Source: Mobula hypostoma (taxonomy: Eukaryota). From it: DNA of 64,000 nucleotides. Within the stretch, counting starts at the first letter, position 1, and each line of letters opens with the position of its first letter. The translations under genes and the position numbers were made by a program. Location of the stretch: positions 4,030,001 through 4,094,000 of the forward strand of contig NC_086097.1 of assembly GCF_963921235.1 (NCBI RefSeq). Reading direction: 5' to 3'. Of this stretch, positions 11,665 through 24,591 are shown piece after piece. The notes beneath the pieces were generated by a model, which was not told the origin of the DNA, ran no database searches, and saw nothing but the letters and a program-made list of their open reading frames with translations.

Positions 11665-13410
11665 ATCAAAGTTCAAAGTAAATTTATTATCAACCTATGT
11701 ATCCTGTATACAACCTTCTTCCAGGCAGCTACAAAGCAAAGAAACAAAGAAACCCTCACAACAAAGACCAATAAGCTCCCAATGTATAAAAAAAGAACAA
11801 ATCATGCAGACAATAAAAAAGTAAACAAGTAACATATAGAGCATGAACTGCAGCATTCCCAAAGGTGAGTCCACAGCCTTGAGCCAATTCAGTGCTTAGG
11901 CAATTGTATTAAGTTCCTACATATATGTATTAGGAATATAAGTACTTTGCATATATCAAAGTACAGATATGTCACCATATACCACCCTAAGATTCATTTT
12001 CTAGTGGGCATTCATAGTAAATACAAAAAAAACCCAACAGAATCAATGAAAAATCTCACCCAATTAGACAGACAAGCGACCAAAGTGGAAAAGATAACAA
12101 ACTTTGCAAATACAAAACAAAAAAACAAGCATAATAATGACTTACTTTCAAGGCTCTTTGTCTCATGTTCAATATGTATTGCTTATTTATTTTTTATTAT
12201 TAAATCTAGTGGGGTATTGGAGTAAGTGAAGTTGAGTGAAATTAGCCTCTCTGGTTGAAGAGCTTGATGGTTGAGGGGAAATAACCTGGTGGTGTGAGTC
12301 CTGAGGCTCCTGTGTGGTGAGAAGAGAATATGTTCTGGGTGATGAGGATTCTTGATGATTGATGCTGCTTTCCTGAGACAGCATCCTTGTAGATGGGCTC
12401 AGTGACAGGGCAGGCTATACCCATGCATGAATGAATGGATGAATGAGTTGACTTTATTACTTACGTCCTTCGTATTCATGAAGAGTAAAAATCTTTATGT
12501 TATGTCTCTGTCTAAATGTGCAATGTGCAATTATAGTAATTTATAATAAATAGTGTGTACAACAGGACGGTCAATATAAAATAGAAATACAAGTGTATCA
12601 GTCTGATGGCCTGGTGGAAGAAGTTGTCCCAGAGCCTATTGGTCCTGGCTTTTGTGGTACCGTTTCCCAGATGGTAGCAGCTGGAACAGTTTGTGGTTGG
12701 GGTGACTCGGGTCCCCAAATATCCTTCAGGCCCATTTTACACACCTGTCTTTGTAAATGTCCTGAATAGTGGTAAGTTCACAGCTACAGATGCGCTGGGC
12801 TGTCTGCACCACTCCCTGCAGAGTCCTGCGATTGAGGGAGATACAGTTCCCATACCAGGCAATGATGCAGCCAGTCAGGATGCTCTCAATTGTGCCCCTG
12901 TAGAAAGCTCTTCATGATGGCCTGTGCTGTATCTACAACATTTTGTGGTCTTTTCTGTTCAAGGGAGTACCAGGCTGTGATACTACCAGTTAGCATACTC
13001 TCCAATGTGTTCTATAGGTTTGTCAAAACTTTAGATGATATGCCAAATCTTCGCAGCCTTCTGAGGAAGTAGAGGTGCTACTGTGCTTTCCTTCATAATG
13101 GCACTTCCGTGCTGGATCCAGGACAGATCTTCTGAAATGATAACACTGAGGAATTTAAAGTTGCTGACCCTGTCCAGCTCCGATCCCCCAGTGAGGACTG
13201 GCTCATAGACCTCTGCTTTCCTCCTCTAGAAGTCAGTAAGTCAACTCTTTGGTCTTGCTGACATTGTGTAAAAGATTGTTGTTGGGGCACCACTCAGCCA
13301 GATTTTCAATCTCCCTCCTATATTCTGATTCGTCACCACCTTTGATTTGGCCTACGACAGTGATGTTGTCAGAAAATTTAAATACGGGTTTGGAGCTGTG
13401 CTTAGCCTCA
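11665..13410 (-). mobile_element. Cluster of Rex1/L2-type 3' fragments
   Basis: Several stacked tails ((CTTTGAA)n and (ATTC)n on the minus strand). Coding remnants include KARTNRLWDNFFHQAIRL and the reverse complement of 'LSLNVSKTKE..VSNFKFLSVIISEDLSW'. Confidence 0.65.
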
Positions 13411-13974
13411 CAATATAATATTGTGTAAATAAACTTCTATAACTATTAATGTTCAATCATCTTTTAATGGACATTTTAAGTGTAGTTAATCTGGTTCTGT
13501 ACTTTTATTGCACTTTACCTGTAGTTGTCATCTTACTCTTTTCTCTAGACTAGAGTCTAGAATTTCTGAATACAGGTTTTTCTGGCAATATTGGCCTTGA
13601 AAGTATACGTGTTATTAACTTCCTAACAAACCTGTAAATCATCTGCTGGTTAATCAGCAGGTCACTGTACATTCTGTTCTCGGCTTCAACTTGCATTTCT
13701 TTCATGATATTCCCTCTTATCAAGACTGCACAGTCTCTAGGTTGGGGGGGAGTGGGGGATCTCCTATTAGCTATAGCTTCTATTAGAATGCCCTTTTGTT
13801 ATAAAAAAAACTATTAGTACACTTTTGCAACATTGTAAAAGAAGCATAAGAACCTGATATCGTATGTTAGGCTCATTCCTACTAAAATAGGAATAGTTGG
13901 TAATTTGAATGAAAAGTAAGTGTACTTTATTAAATAACTAGAAAACAATTTACAATTTCAAGACAATATTCGGG

Positions 13975-14360
13975 TCATAGAGAAGTACAGCCCGGAAATA
14001 GGCTCTTTGGCCCATCTAGTCCATGCTGAAACCATTAAAACTCTCTACTCCCATCGACCTGCAGTGGGACCACAGCCCTCCACATCCCCACCATCCATGT
14101 ACCTATTCAAACTTCTCTTAAATGTTGAAATTGAGTTCGCGTGCACCACTTATACTGGCAGCTCATTCCCTACTTTCACAACCCTCTGAGTGAAGAAGTT
14201 TCCCTAAAGATTCCCATCAACTTTTCACCTTTCACCCTCAAGCCATGTCTTAGTCCCACCCAAACTCAGTGGAAAGAGGCTGCTTGCTTTTACTCTATCG
14301 CTACCCCTCATAATTTTTGTATTCCTCTATCAAATCTTCTCTCAATCTTCTACATTCTAA
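13975..14360 (-). mobile_element. CR1 3' fragment
   Basis: Similar to 39310-39770 and 57955-58425. Confidence 0.8.
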
Positions 14361-14361
14361 A

Positions 14362-15843
14362 TAAGACAATAGACAATAGGTACAGGAGTAGGCCATTCAG
14401 CCCTTCGAGCCAGCACCTCCATTCACTGTGATCATGGCTGATCATCCACAATCAGTATCCAGTTCCTGCCTTATCCCCATAACCTTTAATTCTGCTATCA
14501 TTAAGAGCTCTGTCCATCTCTTTCTTGAAAGCATCCAGAGACTTGGCCTCCACTGCCTTCTGGGGCAGAGCATTCCACATATCCACCACTCTCTGGGTGA
14601 AAAAGTTTTTCCTCAACTCTGTTCTAAATGGCCTATCCCTTATTCTTAAACTGTGGCCTCTGGTTCTGGACTCACCCACCAGCGGGAACATGCTTCCCGC
14701 CTCCAGCGTGTCCAATCCCTTAATAATCTTTTATGTTTCAATCAGATCCCCTCTCATCCTTCTAAATTCCAGTGTATGCAAGCCCAGTCGCTCCAATCTT
14801 TCAACATATGACAGTCCCACCATCCCGGGAATTAACCTTGTTAACCTACGCTGCACTCCCTCAATAGCAAGAATGTCCTTCCTCAAATTTGGAGAGCAAA
14901 ACTGCACACAGTACTCCAGGTGTGGTCTCACCAGGGCCCTGTACAGCTGCAGAAGGACCTCTTTGCTCTTGTACTCAATTCCCCTTGTTATGAAGGCCAG
15001 CATGCCATTAGCTTTCTTCACTGCCTGCTGTACCTACATGCTTGCTTTCAGTGACTGATGTACAAGAACACCTAGATCTCATTGTACTTCCCCTTTTCCT
15101 AACTTGACTCCATTTAGATAATAATCTGCCTTCCTGTTCTTGCCACCAAAGTGGATAACCTCACATTTATCCACATTAAACTGCATCTGCCATGCACCCA
15201 CCCACTCACCCAGCCTGTCCAAGTCACCCTGCATTCTCATTACATCCTCCTCACATTTCACACTGCCACCCAGCTTTGTGTCATCTGCAAATTTGCTAAT
15301 GTTACTTTTAATCCCTCCATCTAAATCATTAATGTATATTGTAAACAGCTGCGGTCCCAGCACTGAACCCTGTGATACCCCACTGGTCACCGCCTGCCAT
15401 TCTGAAAGGGACCCGTTAATTGCTGCTCTTTGTTTTCTGTCAGCCAGCCAATTTTCAATTCATGTCAGTACTCTGCCCCCAATACCATGTGCCCTAATTT
15501 TGCCTACTAATCTCCTACGTGGGACTTTATCAAAGGCTTTCTGAAAGTCCAGGTACACTACATCCACTGACTCTCCCTTGTCCATTTTCATAGTTACATC
15601 CTCAAAAAATTCCAGAAGGTTAGTCAAGCACGATTTCCCCTTCATAACTCCATGCTGACTCAGACCAATCCTGTTACTACTATCCAGATATGGCTTTCTG
15701 AAAGTCCAGGTACACTACATCCACTGGCTCTCCCTTGTCCATTTTCATAGTTACATCCTCAAAAAATTCCAGAAGATTAGTCAAGCACGATTTCCCCTTC
15801 ATAAATCCATGCTGACTCAGACCAATCCTGTTACTACTATCCA
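14362..15843 (-). mobile_element. CR1 LINE, 5'-truncated RT region, ending in a 157-bp tandem duplication
   Basis: [43 protein letters not shown] and LVRPHLEYCVQF motifs; (CTATTGT)n tail. Confidence 0.95.
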
Positions 15844-15844
15844 A

Positions 15845-16095
15845 GGTTCCTTCTTCTCTAGTCCTTTACCTTTTACATTATCAGCTCCCCGTTTCTCACT
15901 TCATCCCTCCTCCCCCACCTACGTGGTTTCACCTATCACCTGCTAGCTTGTATCCTGTCCCCTCCCTGTACCTTCTTATTATACCGCCCCTTCCTTTCCA
16001 GTCCTGATGAAGGATCTCAGCCCAAACATTGACTGTTTTTTCAATAGATGCTCCCTGACCTGCTGAGTTCCTCCAGCATTTTGTATGTGTTACAT
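15845..16095 (+). repeat. Penelope-derived terminal repeat/SINE-like tail (second family) with a degenerate hammerhead
   Basis: cagtcCTGATGAaggatctcagccc-AAAcattgactg...gatgctccctgacctgctgagttcctccagcattttg. Homologous to 23465-23640 and 59068-59150. Confidence 0.7.
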
Positions 16096-16575
16096 TGTAT
16101 ATACCATATATGTTACAATATTTGTGAGTAGGCTGAAAATATTGGCAAAATTAATCTAACTGTTGTGGTCACCATCAACCCAAGATGGATGTACTGTAAC
16201 GTCTTGATTGACAATGACGATCTAATAGGGAAGTTATTGATATGAATAGAATTAATATATAATTGAAGAGTACAACATTCAATTAATGTACCTCAGTAAA
16301 TATTGATACTTCCCTAAACATCCATGTTTATGGGTTTCCTCATTTTAATGGTTGTCAATGATTTTGGAAAAAATCATTAGACTCTTGCAGTTTTCCACTA
16401 AGAGATTCATATCTCATCTCTACCATTCACTATTATCTACTTCTGAAATCCCCCAAAGATCTCTCCTTTCTTTTTCTTTTCTGAATAAAGGACTAATTGA
16501 AAACAATTCAGAGAATGTGTAGTTTGGGTGGTTGTTGGTTGAGCTGAGTTGTTCTCTGATCTTATCAATTTACTT

Positions 16576-16615
16576 GCAAACGGTTCATCACCATATAAGG
16601 AGACATCATCAGTGC
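16576..16615 (-). ncRNA. Degenerate minimal hammerhead ribozyme motif
   Basis: The minus strand reads GCA-CUGAUGA-UGUCUCCUUAUAUGGUGAU-GAAC-CG-UU-UGC, with GAAA mutated to GAAC. Confidence 0.55.
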
Positions 16616-17302
16616 CCTGTAATTATGGTGTGTCCTCCAAATGCTTAGCCTTTATATACTTATCAATCACCAGACTGGTCATTGTTTCGGAAACTCATAT
16701 GTGATGTGGGGAGGAATTCTGGTCGCTGATCGGTTGCGTGGTGAACCGTGCTCTGTGGTCTGCAACTTTGCCCGTATTGGCTCATAAATCGGACCGAAGT
16801 CTACGTGATTGTTTACAGAATTGTTTGCAGACAACCACGCTTCTAGGAATTCTCTTGAATGCCGTGTGTTTGCTTGCACCATGACTTTCACTAATGCCCA
16901 GTTGAATTTGTGCCCCTCTCGATCTCCGTGGGTAGAAACCAGGGAGAGTTGGTCATGCTGCTGCACAGCCAGCTGATGTTCGTTGATCCTTGTGGATTGT
17001 TTGCTCCCAGTTTGGCTGACATAATAATTGCTGCCATCCCTGCACTGGATTTGGTAGACTACATTGGTCTTGTCCAATAGCTTGTTTTGTTCTTTAGCTC
17101 TGCAGAATACTCTCCCTAATGTTGCTTTTGGTTTACATGTGACCAAAATTCTACGTTCTTGGAGCAAATGGGCTGTCATTTCCAAGATATTTCATATGTA
17201 TGGAAGGACAACCCATTTGGTGGCTTGTTGGTTAGTGCGTTGTTGACCTCGTAGGCAACCTTATATGAAGTTTCATGGGTATCCATTTTGTGCAAGTACT
17301 TT

Positions 17303-18009
17303 CAAAGGTTTTAAAGGTACATTTAATGTCAGAGAAATGTATACAATATACATCTTGAAATGCTTTTTCTTTGCAGCCACCCACGAAAAACAGTGTCCCC
17401 AATGACAGTTAAATGTTAGAACCTCAAATTACCCCCAGCTCTCCTCCCTCCCACGCGAAAGCGGCAACAAACAACGATCCTCCCTCCCCCGAAAAGCAAA
17501 AAAAGCGTCGGCACCCACCACTGAGCACCTAAGCGTGAGCAAGCCAACAGCATAGACACAGACTTGCAGAACTCCAAAGACCACTTGTTCACCCGGCATT
17601 TGACATACCACAGGCTCTCTCTCTCCTTAATAAGGGAGAAAGAGGTAGCTCCGTTTCACAGCGAGAGAGGAGACATAATACAAACAACTCGCTGGTTTAC
17701 GATGTTAAAGGTCTGTTGCATCACTTTTTCTGAGCTCTGTGCCCAAAGATCTCAGGTCTCTGGGCATACAGCCTTAGATCTTAAATCTCCCTAGACACAC
17801 TGATCTCCTGCCCGGACACTGACCTCCAATCCCCCCGTCTCCAGAGCCACAAAATCTCGGTTCCTATAGTCAGCGTGTAACTCCAGGTCAGGGTCTTCAA
17901 AAGAACCCTGAAAGGGAAAAATATAGATACTAAAGGTGGAAATACAGCTGTTTCCGAAGACACAAGCAGAGGAGTTGCTGTTAGGCGCCATTGAACCTTC
18001 TAAGTTCTA
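17303..18009 (-). mobile_element. Non-autonomous element, family A copy
   Basis: Homologous to 10326-11130. Flanked by the direct repeat AAGTACTTT (17294-17302 and 18010-18018). Confidence 0.75.
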
Positions 18010-18469
18010 AAGTACTTTAAAGGAGTAATTCCATTCTTCTGTTCTCTCCAGATATTCTTGAACTTTTTCTTGTTGTAAATTGTCCACAGTATGATAGTGA
18101 TTTTCAAATTCTCTTCAGTTGCTTTTCAAGAAAATTGTAGCAGCATTTGACTTATGATATTCATTTGGTTCATACCTTATTAATATTTTAATGCAATTGA
18201 TAATAAAATGCTGTGCAAATATAAGATGCAGATGGTATTTCTATATTGTTTAAAAGATGCTGCTGGAATGAGAGTGTGTCTTGTTTTTAAATTCTACCTG
18301 TGCTTTGTATTTCATTATTCTACCATTTTACTTCATCCAAAAGCTCTGAACTCTGATCTCTCCCAACATTTCCCCAATTTTATATTGTGCTCTTACCAAA
18401 TTCATCTTATCCAGGAGATGTATGTCCTGATTTCTTAAAACAATTTTTGGAACATAGATCTGGCCCTTT

Positions 18470-19465
18470 GGGATCCCGTTGGAGGTGGCGGAAGTTACGG
18501 AGAATAATATGTTGGACCCGGAGGCTGGTGGGGTGGTAGGTGATCCCACCACTAAGCACATCTTTCCCTCCCCCCTCCCCTGCTTTCCGCAGGGATTGCT
18601 CCCTACGTGACTCCCTTCTCCATTCGTCCCCCCCATCCCTCCCCACTGATCTCCCTCTTGGCACTTATCCTTGTAAGCAGAACAAGTGCTACGCATGCCC
18701 TTACACTTCCTCCCTTAACACCATTCAGGGCCCCAGACAGTCCTTCCAGGTGAGGCGACACTTCACCTGTGAGTCGACTGGGGTGATATACTGCGTCCGG
18801 TGCTCCTGATGTGGCCTTCTATATATTGGCAAGACCCGACGCAGACTGGGAGACCGCTTTGCTGAACACCTATGCTCTGTCCACCAGAGAAAGCAGGATC
18901 TCCCAGTGGCCACACATTTTAATTCCATATCCCGTTCCCATTCTGACATGTCTATCCACGGCCTCCTCTACAGTAAAGATGAAGCCACACTCAGGTTGAA
19001 GGAACAACACCTTATATTCCGTCTGGGTAGCCTCCAACCTGATGGCATGAACATCGACTTCTCTAACTTCCGCTAATGCCCCACCTCCCCCTCATACCCC
19101 ATCCGTTATTTATTTTTATACGCACATTCTTTCTGTCACTCTCCTTTTTCTCCCTCTGTCCCTCTGACTATACCCCTTGCCCATCCTCTGGGTTCCCCCC
19201 CGCCTTGTCTTTCTCCCCAGACCTCCTGTCCCATGATCCTCTCATATCCCTTTTGCCAATCACCTGTCCAGCTCTTGGCTCCATCCCTCCCCCTCCTGTC
19301 TTCTCCTATCATTTTGGATCTCCCCCTCCCCCTCCCACTTTCAAATCTCTTACTAACTCTTCCTTCAGTTAGGCCTGACGAAGGGTCTCGGCCTGAAACG
19401 TCGACTGTACCTCTTCCTAGAGATGCTGCCTGGCCTGCTGCGTTCACCAGCAACTTTGATGTGTG
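18470..19465 (+). mobile_element. Penelope-like element, 5'-truncated with a 5' inversion
   Basis: GIY-YIG motif (GVIYCVRCS*CGLLYIGKTRRRL..RFAEHL). 18470-18543 is the reverse complement of the segment expected upstream (compare 42681-42756). Terminal hammerhead motif at 19371-19406. Confidence 0.9.
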
Positions 19466-19750
19466 AAACTTTATTCCCTAGAGTATAGAAGAATATGGGG
19501 AGATTAGATAGATGTGTACAAAATTATGAGGGGATTGAGAGAGTAAATGCAAGCAAGCTTTTTCCACTAAGGATGGATGAGATTATAACTAGAAGTCATG
19601 GGTCGAGGGTGAAAGGTGAAATGTTTAAGGGGAGCATGAGGGGGAACTTCTTCACTCAGAGGGTGGTGAGAGTATGGAATGAGCTGCCAGTGGAAATGGT
19701 GGATGCGGGTTTGATTTCAACATTTAAGAGGATTTTGGATAGGAACATGA
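19466..19750 (+). mobile_element. CR1 3' fragment
   Basis: Encodes RVNASKLFPLR..GNFFTQRVVRVWNELP. Confidence 0.85.
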
Positions 19751-19759
19751 TAATAAGTA

Positions 19760-22700
19760 TATCATTTTGGATACTGTGGATGGAGACGACCTACCAGGGA
19801 CAAGTTGCAGTGGTTGTGTCTCTGGCACCGAGATGAGACCCTCAGCTCAGAAGGGAAGGAGGGAAAAGAGGAGAGCAGTAGTGATAGGGGATTCAGTAGT
19901 TAGGGGGAAAGATAAGAGGTACTGTGGAAGAGATCGAGAATCCTGCGTGGTCTGTTGCCTCCCTGGTACCAAGGTCCGCGATATCTCAGATCGAGTTCTC
20001 AGTATTCTCAAGAGGGAGGGTGAGCAGGGGGATGTCGTGGTCCATGCAGGGACCAATGACGTAGGTAGGAAGAGTGAAGAGGTCCTGAAAGGTGAGTCTA
20101 GGGAGTTAGGTGCCAAGTTAAAGGCCAGGACCTCCAGGATAGCAATCTCAGGAATGCTACCAGTGCCACGTGCAGAGGGGTTTAGAAATAGTAAAATAGC
20201 GTAGGTCAACACGTGGCTGAAGACATGGTGCAGGAGGGAGGGCTACAGATTTATAGATAACTGGGCAGTTTTCCAGGGAAGGTGGGACCTGTTCTGGCAG
20301 GACGGTTTACATCTGAACTGGAGGGGGACAAATATTCTTGCAGGTAGGTTTTCTAGAGAGGCTCCAGTGGATTTAAACTAGATACGGGGGGCGGGGGGGA
20401 ACCAGAGTGTAGGAACAGATGTGCGGGAGAAGGAAGAAAAAGAAAATGGTAAAGTTGTTTGCACCGTTAGTGATAAACAGAGAGTAAGAGGTGGAAAATT
20501 TCTTAAGTGCATTTATTTTAATGCTAGGAGCAATATAAGAAAGGTGGATGAGCTTAAAGCATGGATTGATACATGGATTGTCAGAGAAAATATTACAGCG
20601 GTGCTCTGGCAGGATAGATTAGAGGGCTCTTCTTGGGAGGCTATTTGGGTGGAATTGAGGAATAGGAAAAGTGTAGTAACACTTATAGGGGTGTATTATA
20701 GACCACCTAATGGGGACCGAGAACTGGAGGAGCAAATTTGTAAGGAGATAGCAGATATTTGTAGTATGCATAAGGTTGAGATTGTGGGAGGTTTAAATTT
20801 TCCACACATAGACTGGGAAGCCCATACTGTAAAAGGGCTGGATGGTTTGGAGTTTGTAAAATGTGTGCAGGATAGTTTTTTGCAGCAATACATCGAGGTA
20901 CCAACCAGAGAAGGGGCAGTGTTGGATCTCCTGTTAGGGAATGAGATAGGGCAGGTGATGGAGGTATGTGTTGGGGAGCACTTCGGGTCCAGTGATCACA
21001 ATGCCATTAGTTTCAATATAATTATGGAGAAGGATAAGTCTGGACCCAGGGTTGAGATTTTTAATTGGAGAAGGGATAACTTTGAGGAGATATAAAAGGA
21101 TCTAGAAGGAGTGGATTGGGACAATTTGTTTTATGGAAAGGATGTAATAGAGAAATGGAGGTCATTTAAAGGTGAAATTTTGAGAGTACAGAATCTTTAT
21201 GTTCCTGTTAGGTTGAAAGGAAAGGTTAAAAGTTTGGGAGAGCCATGGTTTTCAAGGGCTATTGGAAACTTGGTTCGGAAAAAGAGAGATATCTACAATA
21301 AATATAGGCAGCATGGAGTAAATGAGGTGCTTGAGGAATATAAAGAATGTAAAAAGAATCTTAAGAAAGAAATTAGAAAAGCTAAAAGAAGGTACGAGGT
21401 TGCTTTGGCAAGTAAGGTGAAAATAAATCCAAAGGGTTTCTACAGTTATATTAATAGAAAAAGGATAGTGAGGGATAAACTTGGTCCCTTAGAGAATCAG
21501 AGTGGACAGCTATGTGTGGAACCAAAAGGGATGGGGGAGATTTTGAACAATTTCTTTTCTTCGGTATTCACTAAGGAGAAGGATATTGATTTGTGTAAGG
21601 TAAGGAAGTTATGGAAACTATGATGATTAAAGAAGAGGAAGTACTGGCACTTTTAAGGAATATAAAAGTGGATAAGTCTCTGGGTCCTGATAGGATATTC
21701 CCTAGGACTTTGCAGGAAGTTAATGTAGAAATAGCACGGGCTCTGACTAAAAATATTTCAAATGTCATTAGAAACGGGGATGGTGCCAGAGGATTGGCGT
21801 ATGTCTCATGTTGTTCCATTGTTTAGAAAGGGTTATAAGAGTAAACCTAGCAATTATCGGCCTGCACGTTTGACATCAGCGGTGGATAAATTGATGGAAA
21901 GTATTCTTAGAGATGGTATATATAATTATCTGGATAGACAGGGTCTGATTAGGAACAGGCAACATGGATTTGTGCATGGAAGGTAATGTTTGACAAATCT
22001 TACTGAATTTTTTGATGAGGTTACTAGGAAAGTTGGTGAGGGTAAAGCAGTGGATGTTGTCTATATGGACTTCAGTAAGGCCTTTGACAAGGTTCCACAT
22101 GGAAGGTTAGTTAGGAAGGTTCAATCATTAGGTATTAATGAAGTAGTAAAATGGATTCAGCAGTGGCTGGATGGGAGACGCCAGAGAATAGTGGTGGATA
22201 ACTGTTTGTCAGATTGGAAGCTGGTGACTAGTGGTGTGCCTCAGAGATCTGTACTGGGTCCAATATTGTTTGTCATATACGTTAACGATCTGGATGATGG
22301 GGTGGTAAATTGGATTAGTAAGTATGCAGATGATACTAAGATAGGTGGCATTGTGGATAATGAAGTAGGTTTTCAAAGCTTGCAGAGCGCTTTAGGCCAA
22401 TTGGAAGAGTGGGCTGAAAGATGGCAGATGGAGTTTAATGCCTATAAATGTGAGGTGCTACATTTTGGTAGGACTAATCAAAATAGGAGATACATGGTAA
22501 ATAATAGGGCATTGAAGAATGCAGTAGAAGAGAGGGATCTAGGAATAATGGTGCATAGTTCCCTGAAGGTGGAATCTCATGTGGATAGGGTAGTGAAGAA
22601 AGCTTTTGGTATGCTGGCCTTTATAAGTCAGAGCATTGAGTATAGGAGTTAGGATGTAATGTTAAAATTATACAAGGCATTGGTAAGGCCAAATTTGGAG

Positions 22701-23250
22701 TGCTGTGTTGAGTTCTGGTCACCGAATTATAGGAAAGATGCCAACAAGATAGAGAGAGAGCAGAGAAGATTTACTGGAATGTTACCTGGGTTTCAGCACC
22801 TAAGCTACAGAGAAAGGTTGAACAAGTTGGGTCTTTATTCTTTGGATCGTAGAAGGTTGAGGGGGGACTTGATAGAGGTGTTGAAAATTATGAGGGGGAT
22901 TGATAGAGTTGGCGTGGATAGGTTTTTTCCATTAAGAGTAGGGGAAATTCAAACAAGAGGACATGAGTTGATAGTTAGGAGGCAAAAGTTTAGGGTAACA
23001 TGAGGGGGGACTTCTTTACTCAGAGAGTGGTAGCTGTGTGGAACGAGTTTCCAGCAGAAGTGGTTGAGGCAGGTTCGATGTTGTCATTTAAAGTTAAATT
23101 GGATAGCTATATGGACAGGAAAGGAATGGAGGGTTATAGGCTGAGTGCCGGTTGGTGTGACTAGGTGAGAGTAAGCGTTCGGCACGGACTAGAAGGGTCG
23201 AGATGGCCTGTTTCCGTGCTGTAATTGTTATATGGTTATATGGTTATATG
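19760..23250 (+). mobile_element. Near full-length CR1 LINE: ORF1 C-terminal SGNH esterase plus ORF2 endonuclease and RT, disrupted
   Basis: ORF1 has AVVIGDSVVR, VVVHAGTNDV and DGLHLN. ORF2 has CIYFNARS, GVYYRPP, SSDHNAISF, DFSKAFDKVPH and KYADDTK. It ends in a (TTATATGG)n tail and has multiple stops and frameshifts. Confidence 0.95.
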
Positions 23251-23464
23251 AATGGAAGGGCCATGGAGGGCTATCATCCAGGTGTAGGTCAATGGGATCA
23301 GGCAGATTAATAGTTCGGCATGCATTAGATGGGCTGAGATGTGCATGTCTGTGCTGTAGTATTCTATGATTCTAAGTCCCTCAAAAGGTCTCTGCTTCTT
23401 TCCTTCTTCCTCTGTTGCCTCCTCAACTAATCTATATCCTGTTATATACTTTGATAATCTTAAA

Positions 23465-23640
23465 CAACACACACAAAATGCTGGAGGAACGCATCAGGCC
23501 AGGCAGCCTCTATGGAGAAGAGTGAACAGTTGACATTTTTGGCCAAGACCCTTCATCAGCACTGGAAAAAAAGATGAGAAGTTAGAATACAAAGGTGGGG
23601 GAAGGGGAGAAAGAAGTAAGAGGTGGTAGGTAAGAGGTGC
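23465..23640 (-). repeat. Penelope-derived terminal repeat fragment (second family)
   Basis: acacacacaaaatgctggaggaac..caggccaggcagc with a decayed hammerhead (gacccttcatcag). Confidence 0.7.
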
Positions 23641-24591
23641 CTTAGAACTCCAGTTAAAGGGACGATCTTTTTTGCTATCCACAGATCCAATTTTTCTTTC
23701 TTTTCTTTTTTCCTTGTTACTCTCCTCACCCAACCTTCCCACTCCACTGTGCCCTCCCAGTGTTGAAGATGACTAACTTGTATGGTTTTGTGGTTCTGAG
23801 ATGATGGTTGATGGGTAGCTTCTGAGGTGATGTACTCATTTTGTTGTTTACACTTGTTTCAGTACGCTTCAAACAGGATGAACTATGTTCTCCATGCCAA
23901 CATGAAGAGTCCTCTTAGACTTGGTGGGAATGGAGCATAGACTTTGAGAATATTTGAATCTTACCCTCTCTCTGCCTGGTAATCTCTTTTGAGTAGAATG
24001 TCTGGTTTCAGAGTCGAGTGTTAGGCATGCAAATGACATGGCTTGATCAAGAGAACTGAGTGTCCCTCTGGGTTCTGTGCTGGGTGCGTTGGCCTGTGAA
24101 AGAATGCTGATTCTCTTAGCATTCTTGTGTATGGGGTGTCTAAGGAGGGGTAGCACCTCTGGTGAAGGGGTTTGTCATGTGCATTCTCAGCTTTGGTCCC
24201 CACCGGACACTCAGGTCTCACTCTGGGTCCCAGTAGCTGTTTGCATGTGATAGTATCCACACCCTGGTATGCTACTTTGACAAGCAGGCTGAACCAAGTG
24301 AGGGTAGGCAGCGGGCCTCATACCCCAGTGAGGTAGGAACATGCCTGTCTTAGAGTACAAAGTCAGCTCCAGCGGACTGGGCAAATAAGATAAACAGTGA
24401 GATTCAATGGGCAGGATGAGGCACAGAAAAAGTCATGGTTACCCACTACAGGTTGCGAAGACCCCAGCTGTGACGACTACACATACCACTGGACCTCGAC
24501 TTCCAAGGTCACGAGTGGAACTAAACCAGTGTAATGGCTTTTCCATTTTAAAAACTTTCTTGCACAGGTTTCCTGTCATTATCGGACATGA

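Larger units (their letters stand above)
16520..18045 (-). mobile_element. Penelope-like element (Poseidon-type GIY-YIG) 3' part, split by a non-autonomous insertion
   Basis: ORF 16679-17185 has NVVYQIQCRDGSNYYVSQTG..TRINEH..REFLEAW. The upstream 'EEWNYSFKVLAQNGYP' can be reassembled across the insertion. Confidence 0.85.
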
